NCBI GenBank assembly: GCA_043228905.1
Contig: JBHGNT010000016.1
Location: 18,104,001-18,168,000 of the forward strand
Direction: 5' to 3'
From: Azolla caroliniana
Taxonomy: Eukaryota; Plantae; Polypodiophyta
DNA length: 64,000 nucleotides
The notes under the pieces are model-generated. The model was not told where the DNA came from. It did no database searches and saw only the letters and a list, made by a program, of their open reading frames with translations. Made by a program: the position numbers and the translations under genes. Below, one piece after another: positions 1 through 12,485 of the stretch. Position 1 is the stretch's first letter, and every line of letters starts with the position of its first letter.

Positions 1-185
1 GTGGCAGCAATGGAGGAGTGAACTTGGCAGATGATGCTTGGACTGAACAGTGGCGACAACTGAGTGTAGAATGACGGCAATGGAGGAGTGAACTCCGTCG
101 GATCGAACAGTGGCAGATGATACTTGGACCACATAGTGCCGATAACTGAGTGTAGAATGGTGGCAATGGAGGAGTGCACTCAATA
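1..185. repeat. Degenerate tandem repeat (about 70-85 bp units)
   Basis: GCAATGGAGGAGTG occurs three times; TGGCAGATGAT and AACTGAGTGTAGAATG each occur twice. Confidence 0.6.
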
Positions 186-308
186 GGGTTTAACAACAAT
201 GGTAGTAATCTAAGCTAGAATACTCAACCAAAGATGGCCCACATGATGTGGCACAGGATCATGTATAATGAACCTAGGAAATCGGTATATAATTTATGGT
301 GCACATAT

Positions 309-656
309 TGTTGTTGGGGTGGGGGGGTGAAACCTAGCATGGCTTCACCCCCCTCCCAAGGGGGTTAAGTTAGAGAGAGAGCAAGAGAGAAAGACAAATA
401 GGAAATGACACCAAATGAGAGGGGAAAAAACTATATTCATTACATGCCCCATAAGGGGTTTATATAATACAAAATGTAACGGTAAATAATAACCATTACA
501 AAAGAGACGACCGTTACACTCTTGTCACATGTACATAATTGTGCATGTGCTCACACATACTCATCCTCACACATTCATATACATATTACACATACCGAAC
601 AACCCCTTCAACGTGTTTTACCCTTATGCCGCCCCGTACAACTCCTACGGGTAACA
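309..656. mobile_element. Solo LTR (TGTT..AACA family)
   Basis: TGTT...TAACA termini; 5-bp TSD CATAT (304-308 / 657-661); shares the GGGGTG..CACCCCCTCCCAAGGGG motif with 5593-6152. Confidence 0.75.
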
Positions 657-784
657 CATATCAATTTATGTTGCACATTTATGGCAATCATTTATATAAT
701 TAAAACTCTCTACTATTTTCAATGGTAGCTTTTTGCATAGCTAATTTATCAATGGTAGCTTTTTGCATAGCTAATTAGCTATGT

Positions 785-2245
785 CAAGGACATAGTCAGG
801 AAACCGCAGATATCATTATGCGTGAAGTGTTTCGCCAGACGATATAATTACCGATCGTGGTCAATTTATCTCTCATTTTTGGAAGCACCTATGGGCAGAC
901 CTCAAAATCTATTGCAAACTCTCTTCGTCTTATCATCCACAAACTGATGGACAAACAGAGCACACAAGTCAAACGGTCGAGCAGTATCTTCGATGCTTTA
1001 TTAGTTATCAACAAGATGATTGGAGTAATATTTTACATCTTGCTATGTTTGCATTGAATAACACGGTACACTCTTCTACCAAGGTTACACATTTCTTTTG
1101 ACTACACCGGCAACCATCCTCGATGGTGTATCTTGGATCTTCCCATGGTCACACGAAACCCTAGTGCTGAGCATCAACTTCATCGACTACACTGAATCCA
1201 GTTAGCATTATCTTCACATCTTCAGACAACTCAAGCACAACATAAGACCAATGCAGATAGTCATTGTCTTAAGTCTCCTTTTAAGGTTGGTGACCAAGTA
1301 TGGTTGCTTCTTCGTCACATCAAGACTACCCGACTATGTGAGAAGCTCGATCATCAGTGCTTAGGTCCTTTTCTCATCACTTCGCGGATTAATGATGCAA
1401 CCTTTCATCTTAATTTTCTAGCACATATGTGTGGCTTCGCCCAGCCTTTCATAGCTCTCTTTTGGAACCTTGTCGCACCTATTCCATTCCTAATCGTGTC
1501 GTGCCACCTCCACCCTCTGTCCAACTTGATGACGGCCTAGAATACAAGGTAGATGCTATTCTCGATTCTAAGATTGTGCGGAATAAGCTCTATTATCTAG
1601 TTTATTGGGTAGGCTATCCTTTGAGTGATCACACAACATAAGACCACTGCAGATAGTCATCATCTTAAGTCTCCTTTTAAGGTTGGTGACCAAGTATGGT
1701 TGCTTCATCGTCACATTAAGACTACCTGACTATGTGAGAAGCTCGATTATCAACGCTTAGGTTATTTTATCATCACCACACGGATTAATGATGCAACCTT
1801 TTGACTTAGTTTTCTAGCACATATGCGGCTTCACCTAGTCTTTCATAGCTCTCTTTTGGAACCTTGTTGCACCTATTCCATTTCTAATCGTGTCATGCCA
1901 CCTCCGCCCTCTATCCAACTTGTTGATGGTCTAGAATACGAGGTAGCTGCTATTCTCGATTCTAAGATTGTGTGGAATAAGCTCTATTATCTGGTTTATT
2001 TGGTAGGCTATCCCCCCAAGAGTGATCACACGTGGGCTCGTTGATGGCCTAGAATACGAGGTAGCTACGATTCTCGATTCTAAGATTGTGCAAAATAAAC
2101 TCTATTATTTGGTAGGCTATCCTCCCAAGAGTGATCGCACTTGGGAGCCTGTCAATAATGTTTCTAATGTTGTCCGCTATCCAAACAAACTAGGCCTTAC
2201 ATTATTAAGGCCGCCTTCTGCTCGTCGTTCTCTAAGGGGAGATAA
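785..2245 (+). pseudogene. Decayed chromovirus (Tcn1-like Ty3/Gypsy) integrase C-terminus and chromodomain with internal duplications
   Basis: ORF fragments HIKTTRLCEKLD..LGPF and EYEVAAILDSKIV.NKLYYLV.W.GY; homologous to 35060-35500 and 63100-63500. Confidence 0.85.
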
Positions 2246-2670
2246 TGTCATGAATACATTAACATCATGGTTTCACCTGGGCTTGAACCCAAGACCTTGT
2301 AATACATTATCGAGAACCCAACCATTAAGATAGCCTATGATCATATGAGATAATAAAATCTACTTCTTGTAATACGTTGGTTCTTGTAAATACTCTAGAA
2401 CAGTCTAGAACATCTTAGAATATTCTAGGTCTAGAACATTATGGAATATTATAGAAATCTCTAGGCTATTCCATAGGAACCTATAAATATAGACATACAA
2501 TTCTTCTCAAACCAATTCGAATCAACACCAATCTTAAGCCCTCATCACCTGTCTTGTATCCATTCTCATTCTATCTTAATACATTCATTCTTCTTTTATA
2601 ATTTCATTCCTCTCGTCTTGTGATCTATTTACATCTTTCTTCCGCCACTCTATCTTTTCTCTTGGTTCTA
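2246..2670 (+). repeat. 3' LTR of the decayed chromovirus (right end uncertain)
   Basis: PPT AAGGGGAGATAA followed by TGTCATGA, the same start as the LTRs at 31073, 35529, 58370 and 63568; TATA near 2482. Confidence 0.7.
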
Positions 2671-2679
2671 ATGTTATGA

Positions 2680-3544
2680 AGAGAATTTGGCCCCGCTGGC
2701 AAAGATGACGACTATGCGGATCGTGATTGCACTTGCAGTAACAAAACGGTGGCACCTCCACCAAATGGACATCAAGAACGTCTTTCTTCAAGGCAAATTA
2801 GAGGAGGTGTACATGGTACAACCACCCGGCTTCGAATCCAACATTCATCCGAAAGCCATCTACCGACTCAAGAAGCCTCTCTACAGCCTTAAGCAAGCAC
2901 CACGTGGTTGGCATTCGAAGATAAGACAATAACTTCATCGAAACGGTTTCCGAATGTCGAAATCCGACAACGTCCTCTACATAAGAAGCAATTCGGGAAG
3001 TTCGATTGTCATAATTCTATATGTGGATGATTTGGTCATTGGAGGTGAAAATCTAGTTGACATAAAAAAGATCAAGTCCCTCCCCTTCGACAAATTCGAG
3101 ATGACGAACATTAAGGAGCTCCATTACTTCCTTGGCATCGAGGTAATTCGGACTCCAACCGGCATTATGATCTCCCAACGACATTACATCCTTAACTTGT
3201 TATACTAGTTCGGGATGACTGAGTGTAAATCGGTTGCAACCCCTCTCGATCGAAATATCAAACTTGATCTCGACTCCGGCATAGAAAAGTGCGAGCCGAA
3301 TCAGTATCGACAATTGATCCGGAGCTTTATCTATCTCATGATCCTCCATCGGATACGTGAGCAACACAATGGGTTGCACTATTCTCTACGAATCGGCCAC
3401 ACCAATTCGACTTGAAGGGTACACAGATGCCGATTGGTCCGGCTACAGAGCCAATCGACGATCAACCTCTAGATTTGTCTCCTCACTCAATGGAGGAGCA
3501 ATATCCTGGAGTACTAAGAAGAAGCCTACCGTCGCACTTTCAAG
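2680..3544 (+). pseudogene. Ty1/Copia RT-RNaseH fragment
   Basis: HQMDIKNVFLQG, LYSLKQAPRGW, YVDDL, GYTDADW and SWSTKKKPTVALSS, with stops and frameshifts; no LTRs visible. Confidence 0.9.
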
Positions 3545-3612
3545 TAGCTGTTATGCTATTAGGATAATTTTCATATTGTAGCGGTTCATGCTAACAACGA
3601 GATTTACGTGGA

Positions 3613-3685
3613 GCTGTCTTAGCTCAGTCGGTAGAGCGCGTGGCTTTTAACCACGTGGTGGTGGGTTCGATTCCCATAGGTGGCG
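3613..3685 (+). pseudogene. tRNA-Lys(UUU) copy with weakened acceptor stem
   Basis: GCTGTCTTAGCTCAGTCGGTAGAGCGCGTGGCTTTTAACCACG..GGTTCGATTCCC; cloverleaf forms but has three G-U pairs in the acceptor stem. Confidence 0.75.
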
Positions 3686-3824
3686 ATGGTCTTTGTATTA
3701 TTATCATATATGTTCAAAATAGGATGCGATATTCATATAGGGGTTTTATAAACCAGAAGATTGAGCATTGGCTAGAGCAAAAGTACAGAAAGCTATCGCA
3801 CTCTTAGCAGATATTGTTGTTGTG

Positions 3825-4339
3825 TGTTATATGTAGTATTGTGCGTAAATGAGTGCATAAGTGTGAGGGTACCTAGATAGGTATATGGAATGTCATTGTG
3901 TTAAAAGTATTGATGCAAGTGTGTGCAAAAGTGAGAATGAGTATATTGATAGATGTAAACACATGCACACAAAAGGTCGTTGTGTTAAAAGTATTGTTAC
4001 AAGTGTGGACAAAAGTGAGAATGAGTATATTGATATGTGTAAACACATGCAAATTTGTGTGCATGTGTGCAAAACTGGAAGAGTGTTGTAAAGTGGCTGT
4101 AAGTTGTTAGAAGGGTATGTAACTACCTTATATGTTTCCTAGTATTTCCTTCAATTGTAACCTTGATTTACCTATTTAACCGCACCCATGGAGGCTGGGC
4201 ATGAATGATAATAGAAGAAGTTCCTCTCTCACTTGCTTTGTGTCTCTCTTTCCTTCTCTCTCTCTGTCTCTCTCGCTCACACCCAACCCCTTGGGAGGGG
4301 GGTGAAACTATTCTTGGCTTTACCCCCCACCCATCAACA
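3825..4339. mobile_element. Ancient solo LTR embedded in the tRNA-array spacer, inverted relative to 309-656
   Basis: TGTTA...CAACA termini; TSD TTGTG/TTATG; its reverse complement matches the start of 309-656; same insertion at 14689-38251. Confidence 0.7.
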
Positions 4340-4402
4340 TTATGTTGTTAGCTTAGTTCCAATAATCTTAGGGTGTTGACCTATCAACCAAACTAATATG
4401 GA

Positions 4403-4475
4403 GCCATGTTAGCTCATTCGATAGAGCGCAAGGTTTCTAACCACGTGGTCATGGATCTCATTCCTACAGGCGGAG
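4403..4475 (+). pseudogene. Degenerate tRNA-Lys copy (monomer B)
   Basis: GCCATGTTAGCTCATTCGATAGAGCGC..TAACCACGTGGTC; anticodon and B box are mutated. Confidence 0.7.
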
Positions 4476-5592
4476 AATGCTCCTATATTATTATGACATA
4501 GATTTGAGTTACGATATGATATTAATATAGGGGGTTGATGTGTTAGCTAGAGCATAAGTGTACACAAAGGTGCCGCACTGAGAGTGGATGTCTTGTTGTG
4601 TTATTAGCTTAGTTTCAATACTTTAAACATGTTGAACTAACCACAAGATTTATGTGGAGGGCACTCTTGTTGTGGTATTAGCTTAGTTTCATTATGGAGG
4701 GCACTCTACCGGAAGCATGTGGGCTTTCATGCAACAGAGGAAACGAACCTAACCCCAAAATCCCGGCAACAATGATGGTGGAGGAAAGAGCTCGGTTCCC
4801 AGTCCTACAACACTTCGTCCTCTCTAAATGCGCGATCCCTACTCAGGCCCTTTTCCTCTCCTTTTATAGCATAAGGAGAGAGCCGTTTACAGACCATTAA
4901 ATCCCTATTATTCTCTTCGATTCCCTACTTAATGAACTAGTGCTACCTAGGATAATTACATCGCCGGCCTGTACTTAACTATGTATATAAATATATCAAA
5001 ACATGTGCCCGTGTGTAAGGGGCAGTTCACGCATATCATCCATTGATTTCTCCTAGGGACGGTTTGGACCCACGATTATCTTTCGTTCTCTAGTTCGTCA
5101 CCTGCTCGGAACCGGTTGTCATCGCCATTCATGCCTCTGGGTCCGGCTTGTCCTCATGCCGCTTCTTGAATGCCTTGATCCTCTTCCCAGCCACTGGCAC
5201 AATTATTCTTGTTCCATCGAGTTCCACAAGGTGGTAGGTACCGTTGTCATTGGCGCTTGTCACCGCATAAGGCCCGAACCACCTCCTTGCAAACTTCCGC
5301 ATTGCCTTGTGCTGGTTGTCGAGGCTGCTGTCGTAGACCGGAACCTAGTCGCCTTCCTCGATTTTCCTTGGTCTTAGTCGGTGAGTCTAGTCGAATCGCC
5401 CCTTGTTCTTTGTCCTTGCCATGCGCAGCTTCGCCATCGCTCGTTCTACATCCTTCGGTCATCTCTCGAGCTGTTGGATTCGCGCCGCTAACAACTCCTC
5501 CTGGCTCATCTCATCTCTCTAGTCCACTGCGGTCCATGAGGAGATCGCTCGCTCCATCGGCATGATCGGCTTCTACCCGTACATCAGCTCCG

Positions 5593-5811
5593 TGTTATAG
5601 GTTTTATGGTTAGGGTTAATGGTAATGATGATTATCGATGACGAAGATAGACATGGTGTAATAATGAAGATGATGGAGAGTATGATGGTGAGAGAGATTG
5701 AGATGAAGATGTTGAGAATCATTGCGGGGTGGGGGGTGGTGCCTAGAATGGCTCCACCCCCCTCCCAAGGGGATTCAACGTTAAGGGGGAGAGAGAGAGA
5801 GAAAGAGAGAT

Positions 5812-5904
<93 letters not shown>

Positions 5905-6152
5905 CCCCATAAGGGGTTAAATAGTACAAGAGGGGGTAGATACAAAGGGGTGTAAGCCCCCTAGAGCATTCATACTGGACACTCACTCACACCTCCTCGT
6001 ATCCATCCACATGCACACATGTGTGCATGTGTTCACATACGTATCGACTCACAATTACATTTATGCCCCCTACACACACACAACAATCATCATGATAACA
6101 TTTGACCCTCGCTCATCACATTGACTCTCCGTACATCTTGTACGGGGTAACA
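5593..6152. mobile_element. Solo LTR (TGTTA..TAACA) inserted in the integrase; contains (GA)n
   Basis: Perfect 5-bp TSD CTCCG (5588-5592 / 6153-6157); the host integrase resumes across it. Confidence 0.9.
5790..5902. repeat. (GA)n microsatellite
   Basis: Seen directly in the sequence. Confidence 0.98.
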
Positions 6153-9100
6153 CTCCGCCGGCATGAACCCGGTTACTGAATTGTGCGTAGTTCGGTCTGC
6201 CCACAATGTGTAGGGTAGGAGCCACGGCCAATTCCGGACTTGGCCTCCGCAGGACCATACCAACGCCTTTACGATTGCCCCGTGTCCGTGTTCCACCTTC
6301 TTGTTTGCCTCTGGGTTGTACGCCGTAGTGAGGGAGAGCTTGACCCCTAGGCGGTCGAACAACTCTTCGGCTTCCTGCGCGTCTAGCTCCCCTTGATCTT
6401 CCATGATCTTTCCTACACACCCGTACCGGCACACCACCTCCTCAATCAGGAACCGGCACACCGCCGCAGTTGTCTTATTCTGTAGTGCGCGGCCCTCCAC
6501 GTGGTTCATCAAGTCTTCTCGCGTCAACACCAGGTATTGCATCTGCCCTACCCCCATCGGCATCGTCACTAGATCCACCATCCACTTGAAGTGGACGGTC
6601 GACGGGTAAGTTGGGTGCAACTCGTCCCGATGTCAGACTATGGAATGGATCTAACAGCTTTCGCAAGTCATTACGAACCGATGCACGTCCCGGTATAGTC
6701 CCGGCCACCAGTACTTCTCCTTCAGCTTCTCGAATGTGGCCCATGTCCCCCCGTCCCTTGCCCAAGGACTCTCGTGGTACGCCGTTAGCAATGCTTCTTG
6801 CTCCTCCTTCCTTGCCACCACCCGGAGTGGGACTCCGTTTCGCTTCTTCGGGTGCTTCCATATGCTTCCATCTCACAGGAAGAATCGGTATGCTTTCTTT
6901 TGGATCCGGTTCACCTCTTCCCTCGTCCATGCCGCTCCTGGCATCATTGTCTTCAGGAACCCACCGATCTGGAGCCACTCCCTGTCGTACTTGCTCTCGT
7001 TGAACTCGTTAAGCACCGGAGTGCTCCCTGCCTTTGCCGCTATGTGAGCCGACTCGAAGAAGTCCTCACCAACTTCTTCATTCTCCGAAACCATGCCATC
7101 TTCATCGTCGAACCGTGCTCTTGAAAGCATATCGGCCATGGTGTTGTCCTTACTGGAGATGTGTCGTATCTCTAGATTTAGAGACTTGATGTACATGATC
7201 CACCTGAGCATTTCAAGGTCTGGAGTCGCGCATCTGGAAACCATACTGAGAATTGGTAGGTAGTTCATCTCAATTATTACTTCCGTTCCAATTAGATAGT
7301 CCTTGTTGTCCTTGACTGCCGAAACGATACCCCACAGTTCGTGCTTGACCTGGGCATATCCTCGCTATCGCTCGCTCAATACCTTCGCCCCGAATCAGAT
7401 CGGGAACCGCACGCCACTCTCGTCCTCCTGATTGATCACCCATCCGATCTCGGTCGGGCTTGTGTCTATGGTTATGTAGATGGGGACCTTCTTGTCGTAG
7501 ACCGCCTTCCGGAGAGCCGGTGCCGCGGTAAGCGCCTCTTTTAATCTCCAGATTGATTCCGTATGTTTGTTACTCCATTCAAAATTTCTCCCTTTCTTAA
7601 GCAACCCGTAGAGCGGTTCTGCGACGTGTGCGTAGTGCAGGATCCAAATGTGATAGAACACGCATGCCCGCAAGAACCTCCGCACCTCCGTAACTGACTT
7701 GCATTCTTCCTTCATCGCAGAGATGGCCTCTACCTATGCTGGAGACGGTTTCTGGCCGTAAGGCCCGCGTAAGTGACTGACCACAAAGATCTCTAGCTGC
7801 CTGAAAGCCGACTTCTCTCCGGAGAGGGTGAGCCACGCACCCTCTAGTCTTTGCAGTACCTTCTCGCAGTCGTCAATGTGGTACGCCACGAATCTTCGAC
7901 ATCCGTCCGGCCCAACCGTTCATCCTTATCCTCCACGGGCACCCCTTTATCGGTATATTGTCCAGACATGGCATGGTGATGTCTGGGATGCAGTCCCTCA
8001 GCACCTTGTTCATCGCATTCACCATGTGCGCCATTGAGTTTGTCCCTCCCTGCGGCAGGATACACATCCGCACTAAGCCGAGAGGTGTCTGCATCGTTGT
8101 GACATCCCTGCTCTCCTCGGCTAGTTGGAACTGGTTGTACCTTGAGTATAGATCCCCGACCGAATAGATCAACCTCCCGACAAAGGCCTCTGCAAACTCG
8201 TCGATCGTTGGTCCGACTCCTGCGTTCCGAATGGTCACTTTATTGATCGACTGCAGGTCCTTAATGAAGCGCAACGTGCCGTTCTTCTTAGGCATAGTAA
8301 ACCACCGATTCGAGTATGGGGTACTTGACGGTTTGAGGATGCCCATCTCCACCTTCTGCTTCAGTAGCTCCATCAGCTTTGGGATGTGAGCTCTTGTACC
8401 TCGTATGCACGCAGGTCGTCCGATCCGACTTGACCCTTTCCCCAAAGTCAGTAATGACTTCATACATTTCCACCGAGTTAACCGGAATCATCCAGTCTTC
8501 ACTGAGGCCTTCTTTGATCACCTTCCCAATTTCCTCGATGGTGTCATCGAAAGGGACCGCCTCCACGGCGCCGCTAATTTCCTCATCGAGGGTGAGGACT
8601 CCACGTATCCTGACTCATTCCTCCGCCTGCTTCTTCTCCCGGCCAATGATGTCAGCTATCGTACAACCTCCGCTATCGGAGAACCAAAACTTTTGACCTA
8701 TGGTAAATGTGTGGGGATCCTCTGGGGTGTCCGGACTATCACGGCCCCACGCCTTGATAGCCCTCTCTAAAAATCCCCTCTACTCTCGCCGCCGAGGGTC
8801 TTGCGATTGCGCTCATGGTTTGGTCGCACGGTCAGGAATTGGATGGAGTGTCGTCCATCTTGGCTCTTCACGTGTGCATACGCCGAACCGTTATCCAACA
8901 CTTTCGTCTCCATACGTGCTGCCATAAGGTACGGTTCTCTGAGTATCACCGAATGCGAGGATGTCTCCTACACGAAGAAGTGCTAGTCGATCTCGACATC
9001 ACCTATTTTCACCTGCACATTCGGGCATGCCCCATGTAACTCCTCCATGGTGCGCATCACCGCTCGTATTTTCCACCCGTGCTTGGTGTTGATCGGCCAC

Positions 9101-11141
9101 TTGCCTTTCTTGTAGAAGTCCATAGACATCAGGTTGATCTCCGAACCGTGGTCTACTAATACTAACACCGGCTCCTGGACGTCCCCGATCCTAACTGGGG
9201 TCTCCATAGTGGCTCTTGCCCGGTGGAGCTTTGAATAGTGGCTTTCCGTCAACTCATCTTCTAGGGCCATGTCTTCTAGGTGCGTCGTTCGCACCTCCAC
9301 CGGCCTCTCTGGCTCCGGCTCTGTCGAAAGCCTTTTCCGCTTCACCAAGTCGACGATACCGACGTCATTCTACTTCGGCCCGAATCGGGTCTCGTACCGT
9401 TGCGAAGATCTGGCCCCTCCGGCCTTTCCGCATGCTTGTCTTCTACCAGAACTTCGTAGTTCTGGCACACGGCTTCCACAAAGCCGATCTTTTCTTCAAT
9501 CGGATTGCTCCACCTGGTGACCTCCTGGACACGTCTTTCCACACGGTCTGCTTCCTCTCTTCTCAACAGTACGCCGACGAGGCCTTCTAGTACCACCGGC
9601 CAAAACCCGGAGCCTTTCCTCTTCCGGCCTTCGTCACTCCCGACCCAGATTCTTGCCGACACTGAGTAGTGGATGGTGTCTCCGCGTGGCGTGTCGCTAC
9701 TTCTTCCATCAGTCTCTTCACCTCCCCATCCGATATTCAGCTCTAGGTCTCTCCGGGTCTTGCTAGCGTGCACCTCCCGTTCCATAGGTATACCACATTA
9801 TCCCTTATTGCTTCCGCGAAGTCCACGCAGTCCTTCCGGACGTGACCGACCGCGTCACACCACAAGCGCCGATGCCCACCTGGAGGCCTTCGGTCACGAG
9901 GCTGCTCACCGCCGTCCCTCCTCGCTTGTGCAATGTGGAGGTCTCGTACCATCTGCGTCAGCTCTTCCAGAGCCACTCTATTGGATGTGCCCTTGACCAC
10001 GTTGGATGAACCTGTCTCAAGCCAACCCCGGTTTTCCTCCTTGCGTGCCGGTGGGGGTCCCTTGAGGTTTCTTGCCGCAACCCCTGCTGCCCCCAACAAG
10101 CCCTTATCGACCCACTCACGCCGTTTGTCGACCCACTCACGCCGCAAACCCCCTTTACCACGGCCTAGTCGGCCGTCAGCCCATCGTCCGTCTCCAACAG
10201 GAGACCCACTTGCTCCCGATCCCACACGTCCACAGCTTTGACGAAAAAAAGGACACGACTCGTGTCCAGTACGGTCTTGTCCAGCGCCGAAAGTCGTGCG
10301 AAGCGTTCCTCGAACTCCCGGAGGACGGCTGGCGCATTCCTCCCCTTTCTTGGGGTCTCTACCCAATCCATAAAGTCCCGCTTCGATAATCGAAGCGTGT
10401 CATCAAACCCGTGTCGCTCGAAGAGTTGCGCTTCAAATTCTCCCTAGGTCCTGCATCCAGTCTGCACCTTGAGCACCTCTGCGTGGATGCCCGGTGTCGC
10501 TACCCGAGGGAACCCAGACAAATGCCTTTCTTCCGGGATGTCCCTCATCACCATCTACGCCCGGTAGGCCACCAAATAACTCGTGGCGTCCTTCCCATCG
10601 AACCGGCCTATTGTGCTGACGATTGCTTTGATGGCCTTGTCGAGGGCGCCCGTGCCCTCGGGAGCACTTACAATCTGATCGACTGCTGCCGCCATGGCTT
10701 CGGCGAGCTCTGATCCCCTCATTTTTTATTCCTCTGCCGCCTTAATTCACCTGAAATACGTGGTGGATCCTCTACCGGAAGCATGTGGGCTTTCATGCAG
10801 TAGAGGCAGCCAACCTAACCCCAAAATCCCTGCAACAACGATGGTGGAGGAAAGAGCTCGGTTCCCAGTCCGACAACACTTCGTCCTCTCTAAATGCGCG
10901 ATCCCTACTTAGGCCCTTTTCCTCTCCTTTTATAGCATAAGGAGAGAGCCGTTTACAGAACGTTAAATCCCTGTTATTCTCTTCGATTCCCTACTTAATG
11001 AACTAGTGCTACCTAGGATAATTACATCGCGGGCCTGTACTTAACTATGTATATAAATATATCAAAACATGTGCCTGTGTGTAAGGGCCGGCTCACGCAT
11101 ATCATCCACTGATTTCTCTTAGGACGGTTTTCTCCACGACA

Positions 11142-11199
11142 TCGGTAGATCGCGTGGCTTTTACCCACGTGGTTGTTGGTTCAATTCCCATAGACAACG
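11142..11199 (+). pseudogene. 5'-truncated tRNA-Lys copy (monomer C), cut in the D-loop by an LTR end
   Basis: LTR terminus ..CCACGACA abuts TCGGTAGATCGCGTGGCTTTTACCCACG..GGTTCAATTCCCATAGACAACG. Confidence 0.8.
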
Positions 11200-11350
11200 A
11201 TGGTTTTCTATTATTATCACCTAGGTTGGAATTACGATGCGATATTGATATAGGGGGTTGATATTCCAAAAACTGGAGCATTGTCTAGAACAATAATGTA
11301 GACAAATTCGTCACACGGTAGCCGATGTTGTTGTTGTGCTATTAGCTTAG

Positions 11351-12150
11351 TTTCTATACTTTGAGGGTATTAACCTTACAAGAACATTCACATGAAGTCC
11401 TATTTCTATACTTTGAGGGTGTTAACCTTACAACAACATTCACATGAAGTCCTATTTCTATACTTTGAGGGTGTTAACCTTACAACAACATTCGCATGAA
11501 GTCCTATTTCTATACTTTGAGGGTGTTAACCTTACAACAACATTCACATGAAGTCCTCTTAGGAGACCCTGTTAGGGTACGGTGAGTGAGTTTAGGTAAC
11601 AATGAGATTCTATACTTTGAGGGTGTTAACCTTACAACAACATTCATATGAAGTCCTCTTAGGTGACTCTCTTAGAGTAGGGTCAGTGAGTTTAGGTAAG
11701 AATGAGATTCTATACTTTGAGGGTGTTAACCTTACAACAACATTCACATGAAGTCATGTTTCTATACTTTGAGGGTGTTAACCTTACAAAAACATTCACA
11801 TGAAGTTCTCTTAGGAGACTCTGTTAGAGTAGGGTGAGTGCGTTTAGGTAACAATGAGATTCTTGTGGAACTGATGTTGTTGTTGTGCTATTAGCTTAGC
11901 TTCTATACTTTGAGGGTGTTAACTTTACAACAACATTCACATGAAGTTCTCTTAGTAGACTCTGTTAGAGTAGGGTGACTAAGTTTAGGTAACAATGAAA
12001 TTCTTGTGGAACCGATGTTGTTGTTGTGTTATTAGCTTAGTTTCTATACTTTGAGGGTGTTAACCTTAAAACAACATTCACATGAAGTCCTCTTAGTAGA
12101 ATCTGTTAGAGTATGGTCAGTGAGTTTAGGTAACAATGAGATTCTTGTGG
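11351..12150. repeat. 52-bp sub-repeat and longer composite repeats amplified from the array spacer
   Basis: TTTCTATACTTTGAGGGTGTTAACCTTACAACAACATTCACATGAAGTCC at a 52-bp period (11351, 11403, 11455, 11507), then in longer units. Confidence 0.95.
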
Positions 12151-12151
12151 A

Positions 12152-12224
12152 ACCGTCTTAGCTCAGTCAGTAGGGTGCTTGGCTTTTAACCACCTAGGCC
12201 TGGGTATGATTCTCACATATGGGG
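12152..12224 (+). pseudogene. Degenerate tRNA-Lys copy (monomer D)
   Basis: ACCGTCTTAGCTCAGTCAGTAGGG..GGCTTTTAACCAC; B box is mutated. Confidence 0.7.
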
Positions 12225-12485
12225 ATGGTTATTGTATTATTATCATATATGTTTCAACTAGGATCCGATATTGATATAAGCGGTTGATATTTTAGAACGT
12301 GGAGCATTGGTTAGAGCAAAACTGAAAGTTGTCGCATCGATAGTAGATGCTTTTGGTGTGTGTTTTCCTTAGTTTCACTGCTTTCGGGGTGTCAACCTAA
12401 AAACGAAGAACCCTAGCAATTGTTATGCTATTACGATAATTTTCGTATTGTGGCGGTTTCATGCTAACAATGAGATTACCATGGA

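Larger units (their letters stand above)
3545..4693 (+). repeat. tRNA-Lys tandem array, segment 1 (monomers A and B plus an embedded solo LTR)
   Basis: Spacer motifs CATGCTAACAA.GAGAT, GAGCATTGGCTAGAGC and TTAGCTTAGTTTC are shared with 11142-14834 and 37972-39464. Confidence 0.85.
5100..10700 (-). pseudogene. Disrupted gag-pol of the 4694-11141 element
   Basis: ORF fragments 10165-10371 (gag), 8983-9348 (PR), 7873-8463 (RT), 7395-7715 (RT/RH), 6873-7268 and 6090-6620 (INT). Confidence 0.9.
4694..11141 (-). mobile_element. Decayed non-chromovirus Ty3/Gypsy element (Phygy-like), LTR remnants about 4705-5062 and about 10767-11141
   Basis: Direct repeats CTCTACCGGAAGC..GGACGGTTT; order gag (LWCDAVGHVRKDC), PR (VDHGSEIN), RT, RH, INT on the minus strand; same family as 43391-52194. 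Confidence 0.9.

Noticed and set aside
5598-5625. Telomere-like TTAGGG motif
   Set aside because: There is a single occurrence inside a solo LTR and no tandem array.
5573-5986. 137-aa ORF with an SLSLSL run
   Set aside because: It is the translation of the (GA)n microsatellite in a solo LTR.
11351-12150. CRISPR-like repeat array
   Set aside because: Units are head-to-tail with no unique spacers, there are no cas genes, the context is eukaryotic, and the repeat derives from the tRNA-array spacer.
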